64,000 nt of DNA from Candidatus Omnitrophota bacterium (GTDB taxonomy: Bacteria; Omnitrophota; Gorgyraeia; JABMRN01; RBG-13-46-9): NCBI GenBank assembly GCA_043817155.1, contig JBDRHE010000059.1, positions 97 to 64,096 of the forward strand, written 5' to 3'. Shown here piece by piece: positions 9,250 to 19,211 of the stretch. The stretch's first letter is position 1. Every line of letters begins with the position of its first letter. The notes under the pieces are model-generated. The model did not search any database. It was not told the DNA's origin and saw only the letters and a program-made list of their open reading frames with translations. A program made the position numbers and the translations under genes.

Positions 9250-10233
9250 CTATCCACCGTATTTAAGCTCATCCTTTTTCGCGGGTCTTTGAGTCTCTTT
9301 TGCTATAAAGACCGGGCGATTCTTCGTCTGATCGAATATCCTGCCTACGTATTCGCTCAAAATTCCGATTGTCATAAGCTGTATACTTCCCAGAAAGACA
9401 ACAGCCATCGCCAGAGTCGTCCATCCCGGCGGCATCGGCACAGGAAATATATTGAATATCTTTAGAATCCATATAAGAAGAACTAAAAATATATAAATAA
9501 CTGACGCGCTGAATATGATGAGGCTAAGCAGCATAATAAGATGCAGCGGGTATTTGCCGAACGAAAATATGCCGTCAAGCGCGAGATTGTAGAGCGCCTT
9601 GTAAGAGTATTTGGGTTTGCCGCTGTATCTTTTTTCAACGGTATAAGGAATGCCTATTTGCTTAAAGCCTACCCACCTCACTTGTCCGCGCAAAAACTTA
9701 TGGTATTCCGGCATCTTCAATATTACATTCAGTACCTCCCTGTCAATGAGCCTGAAATCAGACTGTCCAAAATGTAATTCCAGACCCGATATCTTCGATA
9801 TAAACCAATATGCTGTTTTGATGATCCTGTATTTAATAAATGGCAGGTTGGCATTCTTCTTTGTCGTATACACAACTTCGGTCCCTTTCCTCCATAAATC
9901 TATCATTTGAGGGACAATAGACGGCGGATGCTGCAGATCTGCGTCCATGGTAATCACAGCATCGCCCGTGCAATGCATCATGCCGGCAAAGATGGCGTTT
10001 TGGTGGCCAAAGTTTCGTGAAAGTGAAACGTACCCTACTTTCACGTCGCCTCTCTTCAACCTCTTAATTATTTCAATCGAATTGTCTGTACTGCCGTCAT
10101 CCACAAAGATCATTTCGTAGTCAACGTTGGACTGCGAGCATGCCTGCTTAACCTGCGCATAAAGAACCTCTATATTGTCTTCCTCATTAAACACGGGAAC
10201 GACAACTGAGACTTTAGATATGATATTCTTCAT
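9250..10233 (-). CDS. GT2 polyprenyl-phosphate glycosyltransferase (Dpm1/ArnC/GtrB-like) with C-terminal TM helices
   Basis: VVVPVFNEEDNI...MIFVDDGSTDNS...DADLQHPP motifs; two C-terminal hydrophobic helices. Confidence 0.8.
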   Translation of the reverse strand: MKNIISKVSVVVPVFNEEDNIEVLYAQVKQACSQSNVDYEMIFVDDGSTDNSIEIIKRLKRGDVKVGYVSLSRNFGHQNAIFAGMMHCTGDAVITMDADLQHPPSIVPQMIDLWRKGTEVVYTTKKNANLPFIKYRIIKTAYWFISKISGLELHFGQSDFRLIDREVLNVILKMPEYHKFLRGQVRWVGFKQIGIPYTVEKRYSGKPKYSYKALYNLALDGIFSFGKYPLHLIMLLSLIIFSASVIYIFLVLLIWILKIFNIFPVPMPPGWTTLAMAVVFLGSIQLMTIGILSEYVGRIFDQTKNRPVFIAKETQRPAKKDELKYGG

Positions 10234-10264
10234 ATTTCGCGCTCCTTATCGTTTGTTTTATAGA

Positions 10265-11794
10265 TTACAGTTCAAATGCTTTTTCGATATTCTCTTCGGT
10301 AGCCTCACAAAAAAACATACTCTTATATTTGTCGGCAACAGCGCGTATCTTCTCGGGCTCATTTTCCAATAAATATTCGATTTTTTCTATTTGCCTTCTC
10401 AGTTCTTCGGGGCTTTTTACTTCTTCCCATATGATACCTTTTCCATACTCCGAAAGCGGGTTGCTGTAATCAAATTGCTTGGTTCCCTTAACCGATATGG
10501 AAGGTATGCCGATACTGGCAGCCTCCACAAGTACGCTGCTGGCGGCGCTTACGACAGCTTTCGCGGTTTTAAAAAGCTTGTAGGTATCTTCGTTCGTCAC
10601 CGTCACGTACGGGGGTATGCGAGACATGAATTTTTCTACCGGTAAAGCCGGATGAGCCTTAAGGAGAATGTTTTGCGAACGGAGGTCCGCGTCAGAAAGC
10701 ATTTGCAGTATATTGTCGGCCTCTTCCTTGAAGCATGGCAGTAACACGACGATGTTCTTCTGGTCTTCTTTCTTCACTACGACATCAAATACTTTCGCGG
10801 ACCGTAAAGACGGTCCAAGCGCGTAATTTAATCTGGTTCCCTCCGGAATATAACTTGGGCCATTGGCGATGATCTTATCGGGTATCACTCCGAAAACCTG
10901 TTCATCCTCATCGGGCAGAATGTACAGATAATCCCTCGGATGTAAGAATAGCTGCGCCCCGTAGATACTGGCCTTCCCCGGTTTTGTCCTAAGGCCCATG
11001 TACAAATTTTTGTGTATGGGTTGATTCTCATACCAGCTTATCAGCTTGATCTTCTCGTAAGGCAGCGTAAGGAGCCTTTTGCCTAAAAGATAGCGTGAAA
11101 AACTGTAAAACGTTACCTGTCCCAGTGTCTCTATTAGTTCGTGCCTGATCAACCTCTCTTTATAGGAGCCTCGTTCCAGTGTTTTTGAAAATCTTAATAC
11201 GCGAAAAGGATACGCAAGCATAAAAATTAAAAGGCTCCGAAGATCGCCAAGCGATAGCATCTGGAATTCGGTTACGATAGGCACCTTCTCCTTCTTTAGT
11301 ATACGGAGGGCATCGTATAACTCGAAGGGTCTTTTATAATAAGAGGCGCTGTAAAAAAACGGGATATAAGCAAAATGCTTATTTTTTTTCTTGAGGACCG
11401 CCTCGAGGCCCGGAAAATAAAAATCATGAAAGCCTTGTGATATTTTAATGCTTTCGATTATAAAACAGATATCAATGGCGATAAGCTCCTCCTTACCGCC
11501 GTCAGGATAAAAACGCAGGCCGGATAAGTAATATTCCAAAAACTTTAAAAGATACATAGCCAAATGCAGGAAGCTTTTAGCGTAATACGTGAAAAGTTTA
11601 CAGGTGACTACCCACCACGGTACATTCGGAAAATCTTTTTTATTCAAAAAGTTACTGATGAAATCATTATTTACGGGGTTTTTGCTTAAAACCTGGTTTG
11701 ATATTAAAAAGATGTCTTTGTATGCCTCCTTATTAATCGAAGATATCGCTTCGTAGGCGGCTTTTATTTCATCTGGCATATTGTTTGTGTCCAT
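10265..11794 (-). CDS. Hypothetical protein, possible CDP-alcohol/CMP-sugar-dependent GT-B-like transferase (TagF or KpsC/S-like)
   Basis: No diagnostic motif recognised with certainty; alpha/beta C-terminal region; context only. Confidence 0.3.
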   Translation of the reverse strand: MDTNNMPDEIKAAYEAISSINKEAYKDIFLISNQVLSKNPVNNDFISNFLNKKDFPNVPWWVVTCKLFTYYAKSFLHLAMYLLKFLEYYLSGLRFYPDGGKEELIAIDICFIIESIKISQGFHDFYFPGLEAVLKKKNKHFAYIPFFYSASYYKRPFELYDALRILKKEKVPIVTEFQMLSLGDLRSLLIFMLAYPFRVLRFSKTLERGSYKERLIRHELIETLGQVTFYSFSRYLLGKRLLTLPYEKIKLISWYENQPIHKNLYMGLRTKPGKASIYGAQLFLHPRDYLYILPDEDEQVFGVIPDKIIANGPSYIPEGTRLNYALGPSLRSAKVFDVVVKKEDQKNIVVLLPCFKEEADNILQMLSDADLRSQNILLKAHPALPVEKFMSRIPPYVTVTNEDTYKLFKTAKAVVSAASSVLVEAASIGIPSISVKGTKQFDYSNPLSEYGKGIIWEEVKSPEELRRQIEKIEYLLENEPEKIRAVADKYKSMFFCEATEENIEKAFEL

Positions 11795-11801
11795 GTGCGT
11801 T

Positions 11802-12443
11802 CTATGTCTCTAATATCTGTTTCAAATTTTTCAAATCCTTGACTTTGACACAATCTATACCGGCGAAAATGGAGCCGTTATCGTTGATCTTCGCGATAAA
11901 ACGCGCGGCGTTTTCCTGCGCGGCTCTATAATCGCTTATAGCGTCTCCGATATATACGGCCCTGGCAGGCTCGATTCCTTCTTTCTTGATGATCGATCTG
12001 ACCATATCGGTTTTTTCATCCGGAGCGCCATAGACACCTTGAAAAAAGCCGTTCAATTTTCGCCTCCGGACAATTTCTCGTATTTCATCTTTTGGCGTTG
12101 CCGATAGCACAAAGCACTTATATTTTTCAGAATACTGTTCCAAAAATTCTCTCGCGCCTTTTACATACGGGCATAAGACCACGTCTTCCATAACAAGATC
12201 GGAGAATTTCCTCGAAAGATCCCGAAACGTATCCTCGTCTAACGGTCGCTTAAGCATCTCTTTGTATATATATATAAATTTTTCATACCGCGATACACCC
12301 TCATGAGCCAGATGGTAATCAACCACTTCCTTCACGATTCTTTCGCCCTCATCTTCAAAGAGCCTGGCAAATGCATCGCGCTTGATATTAAGTGATTCCA
12401 CTATGACACCATCGAAATCAAAAAATATTACCTCTGTATTCAT
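11802..12443 (-). CDS. HAD-superfamily hydrolase (HAD-IA phosphatase)
   Basis: FFDFDGVIV motif I (DxD); YIGDAISD motif; start at the internal Met that abuts the upstream stop. Confidence 0.75.
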   Translation of the reverse strand: MNTEVIFFDFDGVIVESLNIKRDAFARLFEDEGERIVKEVVDYHLAHEGVSRYEKFIYIYKEMLKRPLDEDTFRDLSRKFSDLVMEDVVLCPYVKGAREFLEQYSEKYKCFVLSATPKDEIREIVRRRKLNGFFQGVYGAPDEKTDMVRSIIKKEGIEPARAVYIGDAISDYRAAQENAARFIAKINDNGSIFAGIDCVKVKDLKNLKQILET

Positions 12444-12444
12444 A

Positions 12445-13365
12445 TCACGCCTCGACCGGCCCTTCTTTAACAACGAGCCCATCATGCGTAGAATGCTTAT
12501 TAAGTTCCTCATAAACACTCTGAATGCATTTCAGGATTCCCTGCCCTAGATCAAAATATGATTTACTGACAATCCTTTTCGCCATCTTGGGGGCAAAGAC
12601 ATAGGGCGTTATCTCGTAGTGGTCCGTTTTTCTGGGCGGTCTATATTCGATCTCGATCTTGTTACCCAACATCTCCTTTATCATAAGGAGGAGATCCTTT
12701 ACTTTCATCTGCTGGTTGCCGGTGATAATGGCGTATTGATTGCGATATTCGTCATCAAGTATATCGACGCTTGCCTTTGCCGCATCGTGCACATGAATAT
12801 ATTCGCGTATCTCTTCGCCGTCACCCAGTCTCACAACCTTATTTTCCTGAAGGGCTTCCTTTATCTTCGTGTAGATAAAGTTCCTTTCATCAGCCCGCGG
12901 TCCGTAAAGCGACCCGTAACGAAGTATGGTATACGGAATTCCAAAAATTTCGTTGTAGTCTTCCGCGATAGATTCGCATGCAAGCTTTGTGCTCCTATAA
13001 AACGAGCCTGCCTTGCTGTAAACATAGAGCGAACTCGCGAACACAAAACGCTTGACACCGGATTTGCGGCATGCTTCCAGGATAATGGAATTTCCCAGAA
13101 TATTTGATTTTATGCTGTCCAGAGGCCGTACGCTCGCTTCTCCTATATCGGATATGCCCGCAAAATTATATACAACATCGCACCCTTCGATTGTGTTATG
13201 CACTTTTTTTTCGTCAAGTACATCGCCAAGCACCATTCCCTGAGACTTCTGCAGATATGGCGAGGCCTTAAGGTCGTATATTACAACCCCGTGCCCGGCT
13301 TCCGACAAGACATCAGCAACATGGCTCCCCAGAAAGCCGGAACCTCCAAAAACTGCTATCTTCAT
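12445..13365 (-). CDS. NAD-dependent epimerase/dehydratase (extended SDR)
   Basis: MKIAVFGGSGFLGSHV Rossmann motif; YxxxK region YRSTK. Confidence 0.8.
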   Translation of the reverse strand: MKIAVFGGSGFLGSHVADVLSEAGHGVVIYDLKASPYLQKSQGMVLGDVLDEKKVHNTIEGCDVVYNFAGISDIGEASVRPLDSIKSNILGNSIILEACRKSGVKRFVFASSLYVYSKAGSFYRSTKLACESIAEDYNEIFGIPYTILRYGSLYGPRADERNFIYTKIKEALQENKVVRLGDGEEIREYIHVHDAAKASVDILDDEYRNQYAIITGNQQMKVKDLLLMIKEMLGNKIEIEYRPPRKTDHYEITPYVFAPKMAKRIVSKSYFDLGQGILKCIQSVYEELNKHSTHDGLVVKEGPVEA

Positions 13366-13369
13366 ACTA

Positions 13370-14293
13370 TCATCCTCCTTTAACTTTAATCCCCATCCCC
13401 CTCAAGAGGTTAGAAACACATTCCCTCTCCATCTCAATCCTTGCTTCTATTGCATAAGATCCGACGTGAGGTGTCAATATCACATTCTTAAGCTTTTTAA
13501 GCGGCCCTTTATATGGCTCGTTTCTGAAAACATCAAGCGCTGCGCCCATAAGCCTCCCGTTTCTGAGCGCCCGATATAAGGCTTCCTCGTCGATAATCTC
13601 TCCCCGTGATGTATTTATAAGCCACGCGCCTTTTTTTACAATGCGAAGCTCATCCGCGCCAAAAATTTTCTTTTTTCCCGAAACATGAAATGAAATAATG
13701 TCTGCCCAGGCAAGTAATCTTTTAAACGGAAGATACCTCGTGCCGTTTATTTTTCCTTTTACCGCATTATCCGTATATGCTATTTGGCAGCCAAAGGGTT
13801 TTAGAAGTTCAGCAACGTTTCTGCCGATTCTTCCGAAACCCACGATTCCCATCTTCTTCCCGAATAGAAGATGCCCCATTATCTTTTCCCATCTTTCATC
13901 CAAAATAGAGCCATGCATTGCAGGGATCTCTCTTAGGGCATTCAAGATCAATCCTACCGTAAGCTCTGAAACAGCGCGCGTGGGCGCATCAGGGGTATTA
14001 AATATCATTATTCCTTTTTTCTTAGCGGCATTTCTGTCAACATTGTCAAGGCCGCTGCCACACCGGGAAATAACCTTTAGTTCGGACAGCTTGCCTATAA
14101 CCTCAGCGTCTAATGATTCCGTTCCCGCGATAATGCCCTCGGCATCCCCGCAAAGCTCGAGAATCTCTTTTTTCTTCAATTTCCTTTTATGCGGATTTAA
14201 CACTACCTTAAAGCCGTTAGCTTTTAAAAGCTCTAAAGGTCCCTTGTCGTACCGAGCAAAGCTCGTTGTTGTAATAGTAATTTTACTCATCAT
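13370..14293 (-). CDS. D-isomer-specific 2-hydroxyacid dehydrogenase (phosphoglycerate dehydrogenase-like)
   Basis: GIVGFGRIGRNVAELL NAD-binding motif; catalytic region LINTSRGEIIDEEAL; start set at MMSKIT, overlapping the upstream stop. Confidence 0.75.
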   Translation of the reverse strand: MMSKITITTTSFARYDKGPLELLKANGFKVVLNPHKRKLKKKEILELCGDAEGIIAGTESLDAEVIGKLSELKVISRCGSGLDNVDRNAAKKKGIMIFNTPDAPTRAVSELTVGLILNALREIPAMHGSILDERWEKIMGHLLFGKKMGIVGFGRIGRNVAELLKPFGCQIAYTDNAVKGKINGTRYLPFKRLLAWADIISFHVSGKKKIFGADELRIVKKGAWLINTSRGEIIDEEALYRALRNGRLMGAALDVFRNEPYKGPLKKLKNVILTPHVGSYAIEARIEMERECVSNLLRGMGIKVKGG

Positions 14294-15155
14294 GCCCCTT
14301 TCGCCAATCCGAATATTTGGATGACCAGGTGTTGTCTTTTTTGAGAACCATTCCATAAAATCCCTCAAAATCAAATTTTTTCCAAAGGGGCTTTGTAACC
14401 CACAGAAGCCCCCTTTTCGGATATTGCAGATAAACACTTTCATCAACGATCTTCCATCCGGCATGCTTTACAATAAGCTTCCAGTCTTCGGGGCAAAGTT
14501 CGAAAATATGCGTGTTTTCGGCGTTTATCACGTCCTTATGATGTCCTCTTATATGATGCAATCCCACACGGCTTTTTCTAAGATACGGAACGGTGATTAT
14601 AAGCCTCTTTGCGTCTGTTTTTGATGAGAGCTTGTGAAGAAACCCGGCTGGATCCGCAAGGTGCTCTAGTATCTCGAAACATAAAAATAGGTCCGCATTG
14701 ATATTGTGGTCGTTTATATCCTCAGCCCTGGCGTTAATTGCCGTAAGCCCTCTGGCTTTGATCCTTTCGACTGCCTCCGGATCCATATTAACGCTTAAGA
14801 CGTTTATATCTTTCTCTTTTGAATAAAGCCCCATGATGTATTGTAGATGCGTCCCGGCAGAATCACCGATGTCGACTATTGAAGCTTTTTGAAATTCTCT
14901 CATGACTTTGTCTACAAGTGATATTTGAAATGCGTGTGTATTTCGTGCCTTGATCCTTAAAAACTCTGTGTCGAGCGTAAACATCGTATACTGGTTGGTT
15001 ATGTCGGGAACGATCTCTTTCAGCTTCGCGGCTAAAGAAGAGAGCCCCTGCTCCCCGGCGGCCTTTTCAAGCGAATTCCTGCCTATAAAAAATACGACTT
15101 TCTTAATGCAGCTTTTCATCTTTTTCATCTTATTTACCATATTTCTATAACGCAA
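14283..15155 (-). CDS. Class I SAM-dependent methyltransferase
   Basis: IVDIGDSAGTHLQY motif I; LCFEILEHLADP motif. Confidence 0.65.
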   Translation of the reverse strand: MRYRNMVNKMKKMKSCIKKVVFFIGRNSLEKAAGEQGLSSLAAKLKEIVPDITNQYTMFTLDTEFLRIKARNTHAFQISLVDKVMREFQKASIVDIGDSAGTHLQYIMGLYSKEKDINVLSVNMDPEAVERIKARGLTAINARAEDINDHNINADLFLCFEILEHLADPAGFLHKLSSKTDAKRLIITVPYLRKSRVGLHHIRGHHKDVINAENTHIFELCPEDWKLIVKHAGWKIVDESVYLQYPKRGLLWVTKPLWKKFDFEGFYGMVLKKDNTWSSKYSDWRKGHDE

Positions 15156-15179
15156 GCCTTTCAGTTCTTTATCAAAGAT

Positions 15180-15938
15180 TTATTCGCCGCCCGACACGGT
15201 CACAGTCTCATTGGTTATAAAATTGTTTTTTTCGCTCCCCAGATAATAGGCCATGTCTGCGATATCTTTGGGGCTACCCATCTTTTGCAAGGGTATCATA
15301 GCAACCCTTTTTTTCATGTCCTTAGGAAATTTCTTATGAAACCGGGTATCTATCACACCCGGCCGTATTGTATTTACTAAAATGTTGTGCCTGGCGCCTT
15401 CTTTCGCAAGTGTTTTTGTTACCCCTTCCAGCGCCAGCTTAGAACAACCGTAATGCATAGAACGGCTCGATCCCCCGTACTTGGCGGCAATGGAACTTAT
15501 GTTGACGATCCGCCCAAATCGCCTGTTTTTCATATGCTTAAATATATGCGCGCACAGCATCATAGGAGCAAAAGCATTGACCATGAATGTACCCGTGATG
15601 TCCCTCAACGTCAGCTTATTAAAATGTTTGTTCACTGTATAGGTTCCGGCATTGTTGATAGCGCTGTCGATGCCGGATTTACCGAGCCTTTTAACCAGGC
15701 CCATAAGTTGATTTTTGGACGCGAGGTCCGCCCTGATCAACCCGCAATCAACGCCTAGGCGCTCTATCGTCTTCTTTAGCTCCTTCGCTTTTTTTTCCGA
15801 CGAAAAATAGTGACATAACACATTCCAGCCTTCCTCTGCAAAGCGGATACACGTCTCTTTTCCTATGTCACTGGTCGCACCGGTTACAAAAACGGTTTTA
15901 CGTGATCTTGCGCGGTTTTTTAGGTTTTCCATAATCAT
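15180..15938 (-). CDS. Short-chain dehydrogenase/reductase (SDR)
   Basis: VFVTGATSDIGKE; NNAG; YGCSK (YxxxK) catalytic motif. Confidence 0.85.
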   Translation of the reverse strand: MIMENLKNRARSRKTVFVTGATSDIGKETCIRFAEEGWNVLCHYFSSEKKAKELKKTIERLGVDCGLIRADLASKNQLMGLVKRLGKSGIDSAINNAGTYTVNKHFNKLTLRDITGTFMVNAFAPMMLCAHIFKHMKNRRFGRIVNISSIAAKYGGSSRSMHYGCSKLALEGVTKTLAKEGARHNILVNTIRPGVIDTRFHKKFPKDMKKRVAMIPLQKMGSPKDIADMAYYLGSEKNNFITNETVTVSGGE

Positions 15939-15950
15939 TTACTCCTCAAA

Positions 15951-16694
15951 TTATTGTCCGTGTCTTTTAAGCCAATATTCTACCAGCGGCATCTGCCATT
16001 CATAATCTACGTCGAACCCGCCCCATTGTTTTAGCGGATATATTTTTTGCCCCATCCACTTCTGCGGAAGGAGACCTGCCTGGAGATTTTCGAGGCATCG
16101 TGGCCTCACGATAGAGGCCCCCATATCGGCAAACCAGACATCACCCTGCGAGTCTCTGTCGCAATTCAGTGTTTTTGGATCGCCGAAAGCTTCAAATGGC
16201 ACAAACGGCTTTAACAATCCGTCTTCCGCGATCCTTCTTGCTCTCAGCGGACTCCACATGTTATACCGCGATACGGTAACGGCAGAATCGTACTGCGGCT
16301 TGTCTTTCAGAACATTTATCCCTTGAGATAATGTTTCCGACGTAATCGTTGGGGCATTACACATGAGCAAAACTATAAGCTCTATTTGCTCACCCTTGTT
16401 CCTTTCTTTTGCGACTTCGTAGGCGTGAACATAAACATCCTCCCCAAGGGCGCTATCCGCGCATAACCGTGGAGGCCTTTCGATTACTTCCACACCGTTA
16501 GACTTCGCAAGTACCGCAAGGCGGTCATCATCAGTAGAAAGATATATTTTATCCACTAGAGCGCAACCCCTGGCGGCTTTCATCGGGTAACTGGCAAGCG
16601 GCTCTCCTAATACTTTTTTCAAATTCTTTCCGGGAAATCCCTGGCTCATCTTTCTCCCCATAAGTAAAGCAACTATCATTGTCTTACACCTCAC
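15951..16694 (-). CDS. Acylneuraminate/ulosonic-acid cytidylyltransferase family (CMP-sugar synthetase)
   Basis: N-terminal ALLMGRKMSQGFPGKNLKKVLGEPL matches the CTP_transf_3 P-loop region; adjacent SDR mirrors the ptmB-ptmA arrangement. Confidence 0.7.
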   Translation of the reverse strand: MRCKTMIVALLMGRKMSQGFPGKNLKKVLGEPLASYPMKAARGCALVDKIYLSTDDDRLAVLAKSNGVEVIERPPRLCADSALGEDVYVHAYEVAKERNKGEQIELIVLLMCNAPTITSETLSQGINVLKDKPQYDSAVTVSRYNMWSPLRARRIAEDGLLKPFVPFEAFGDPKTLNCDRDSQGDVWFADMGASIVRPRCLENLQAGLLPQKWMGQKIYPLKQWGGFDVDYEWQMPLVEYWLKRHGQ

Positions 16695-18184
16695 TTAAAA
16701 TATTTACTAAAATAAATATCCCTTAACTCGCCGAGCATCCGGTCTCCTTCATGCGTTAACCGTTCGGCTACCTTGATGTTATCGAAATAGGTCTTGGGCA
16801 TCTTGACATATAGTGGAAACGTCCTGACGAGCCCCTTTATTTGATCTGGCGGAAACTGCGGCATATTCAGAATGGAGCTCCTCATAAGGTTGGCTGTTTT
16901 TGCCTCTGGATCGAGATACCCCTTATCGATGCAATACTTTCGTAGCGGTATGCCCCTGTAAGGCACAAAGAAATAGGCATTTATGCTATCCGCTTTTATT
17001 TGCCTGTTTAAATTTATCGTATCGAAGACAAGGTCTCTTGTCTCATCGGGAAAGCCGATTATATTATTCACGGTAACAGGGATTCTACTTGTTTCAAGAA
17101 TCGTGAAGGCATCTATGACTTGCTTATTGGTAAAGTTCTTTCTTAAAACGTCTTTTCTGAATTTCTCGTTGCCCTGTTCTATGCCGATCGAGATCCTGTC
17201 GCAGTTCATATCTTCGAGCATCTTTATCTTTTTTTCGGTTATGGTTTCGATCCGCGTCTGGCACCAGAACGGCAACCCTATTTCTCTTATATATTCTTTC
17301 GCGAATTTATCGAGGTCTTCTTCTTCTCTCGCAAAAAATGTTTCGCTGTTGAAATAGATGTAATCGGCTTTATGTTTCTCGATCTGGAATTTCAACTCCT
17401 CGATTATTCTCGGTATCCGCTTTACCCGAAAATACTGGTTTTGACCCGCATCCAGGTACATCTTTCTTTTTAAGGGCGCCGCGCAGAATGAACAATTAAA
17501 CGGGCAACCCCTGTCCACGGAAATAGGTATCATCCGGAATACCTTACCCTGCATCGGCCTGAATAAGCGCTTTTCCTCAAACGCGCTAAAATCTTCATAA
17601 GGAAGATTATCCAAATTCGCGAGTTCTCCGAAAGTATTTTTGTAAATCTTTCCATCTTTTTTTATCCAGAGATTATTTATTGAGGTTATATCCTTATTGT
17701 CCCTTATTTTTACGCAGAGCTCAACCAGGGCTTTTTCTCCCTCGCCTATGCATATGGAATCGACATTTTCATTCTTTATGACCTCTTCCGGAGAGAATGT
17801 CGGACGGACGCCGCCAACTATAACATGCGCACCCTTATCTTTTACGCATGAAACTAAATCTATCCCGAGATCATAGGTATCATCGGTAGAAGAGACCCCT
17901 ATTATATCGGGCGCGTACTCGCAAACGGTCTTCTTGAAATCATCAAATACATCAGCGTCTTTATAGCTGACGCCCTTCTCTTCAAGGTTAAAGGGCCGAA
18001 GCTGCATATGTTCTACCCTTATTTCATCAACACTTTTTTCGGCCGTTCGGTAAAGAGTTGTATCAAATAGCTCTACTTCCATGCCGGCTTCTTTAAGACA
18101 GGCTGATAGTAAAGCTATATTAGTAGGCAAGAGATTCACCATCTGGAGGTTGGGATAGACCAGGAGTACTTTAAATTTACCCAT
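16691..18184 (-). CDS. Cobalamin-binding radical SAM enzyme
   Basis: B12-domain-like N-terminus (IIGVSSTDDTYD...VIVGGVRPTFSPEE); DRGCPFNCSFCAAP; start set at MGKFKVLL just after the upstream stop. Confidence 0.8.
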   Translation of the reverse strand: MGKFKVLLVYPNLQMVNLLPTNIALLSACLKEAGMEVELFDTTLYRTAEKSVDEIRVEHMQLRPFNLEEKGVSYKDADVFDDFKKTVCEYAPDIIGVSSTDDTYDLGIDLVSCVKDKGAHVIVGGVRPTFSPEEVIKNENVDSICIGEGEKALVELCVKIRDNKDITSINNLWIKKDGKIYKNTFGELANLDNLPYEDFSAFEEKRLFRPMQGKVFRMIPISVDRGCPFNCSFCAAPLKRKMYLDAGQNQYFRVKRIPRIIEELKFQIEKHKADYIYFNSETFFAREEEDLDKFAKEYIREIGLPFWCQTRIETITEKKIKMLEDMNCDRISIGIEQGNEKFRKDVLRKNFTNKQVIDAFTILETSRIPVTVNNIIGFPDETRDLVFDTINLNRQIKADSINAYFFVPYRGIPLRKYCIDKGYLDPEAKTANLMRSSILNMPQFPPDQIKGLVRTFPLYVKMPKTYFDNIKVAERLTHEGDRMLGELRDIYFSKYFK

Positions 18185-19211
18185 TTGCGCCTTCCCTCTC
18201 CTGTAGTTTAAGTATTTCGCTGTCCCTGAGGTAACAGCCATCGCACGAGGGAACTTCGTGAGCCAGGCCACTCTTATGGGCATCTCGCAGCTCCTTAAGT
18301 TTTGCGCATTTCCATGCATGCTTAAGTGTCGTCTTATTTATCTTGCCAAGCTCAAGAAGGCCGTCATCATCATGATTGCAGGGCAAGATGGTGCCGTCCC
18401 ACCAAACGGCCATTCGCTGCCATATTTGAGGACATGCCCACTTAAACGGCACTCCTCTTTTCTTCTCTTTCATCTCTTTATAATCAAGAAGCGCGACTTC
18501 GTTGGCGCGACTTTGCCAGAACTCTTTATAGGTTCCAAAATCCGATTCGATCTCTGGAAGCATCACCGTTTGGATCCTCACCTTGGGATGCTCCACATTC
18601 ATGCTCCTTTTTAGACTGTTTAGCTTCTCGATGTTTGCAAGCACGGTCTCGTATGTCGCGCCCGCCCTGTATCTCTCATACACATCCTTTGTATAGCCTT
18701 CGAAAGATATCGAGATCCTGTCAAGCCCGGCATCGATCAGTTTTCGCGAAATACCTTCGGTAAGGAGCATGGCGTTGGTATTGAAATATACGTCTATGAG
18801 GCCATGTTTTTTCGCGTAGCGCACGAACTCGGCAATGCGGGGATGAAGAAGCGGCTCTCCCCTTATGTTGAACTTAACACCGTATAAATTGTTGTCGGCG
18901 CCTTCATCGATAACGCTTTTCACCGTATCATATGAGATAAGTCCCTTCCTTATCGTCTTACCCCTGAAAGTTGTCGCGCAAAAAGAACATTTCAGATTGC
19001 AGGCGCTTGTTGCCTCAATGTCTATAAAAAGCGGGAAGTCTCCGGCATAAAACCGGAGAGGCCACGTCTGCCATTTTTCGCGATATTCAGCGAATCTCCT
19101 GTCCTTATTCTTCAGTATCTCTTCGCCTGCCACATGGCGGAAATTGGAATTCACCTCGATTGTGGCAAGACCTTTTACACTATATTGCTTATTCATCGCT
19201 CTATCGTCCAC
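18177..19211 (-). CDS. Radical SAM / SPASM-domain enzyme
   Basis: ACNLKCSFCATT; C-terminal CPQIW...CNHDDDG...CDGC auxiliary-cluster motifs. Confidence 0.8.
   Translation of the reverse strand: MDDRAMNKQYSVKGLATIEVNSNFRHVAGEEILKNKDRRFAEYREKWQTWPLRFYAGDFPLFIDIEATSACNLKCSFCATTFRGKTIRKGLISYDTVKSVIDEGADNNLYGVKFNIRGEPLLHPRIAEFVRYAKKHGLIDVYFNTNAMLLTEGISRKLIDAGLDRISISFEGYTKDVYERYRAGATYETVLANIEKLNSLKRSMNVEHPKVRIQTVMLPEIESDFGTYKEFWQSRANEVALLDYKEMKEKKRGVPFKWACPQIWQRMAVWWDGTILPCNHDDDGLLELGKINKTTLKHAWKCAKLKELRDAHKSGLAHEVPSCDGCYLRDSEILKLQEREGANG

Noticed and set aside
14281-14293. Apparent one-base frame inconsistency when hand-translating the 13370..14464 / 14283..15155 junction
   Set aside because: Most likely my own miscount of a T run. 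ORF-track coordinates are internally consistent and were used as given.
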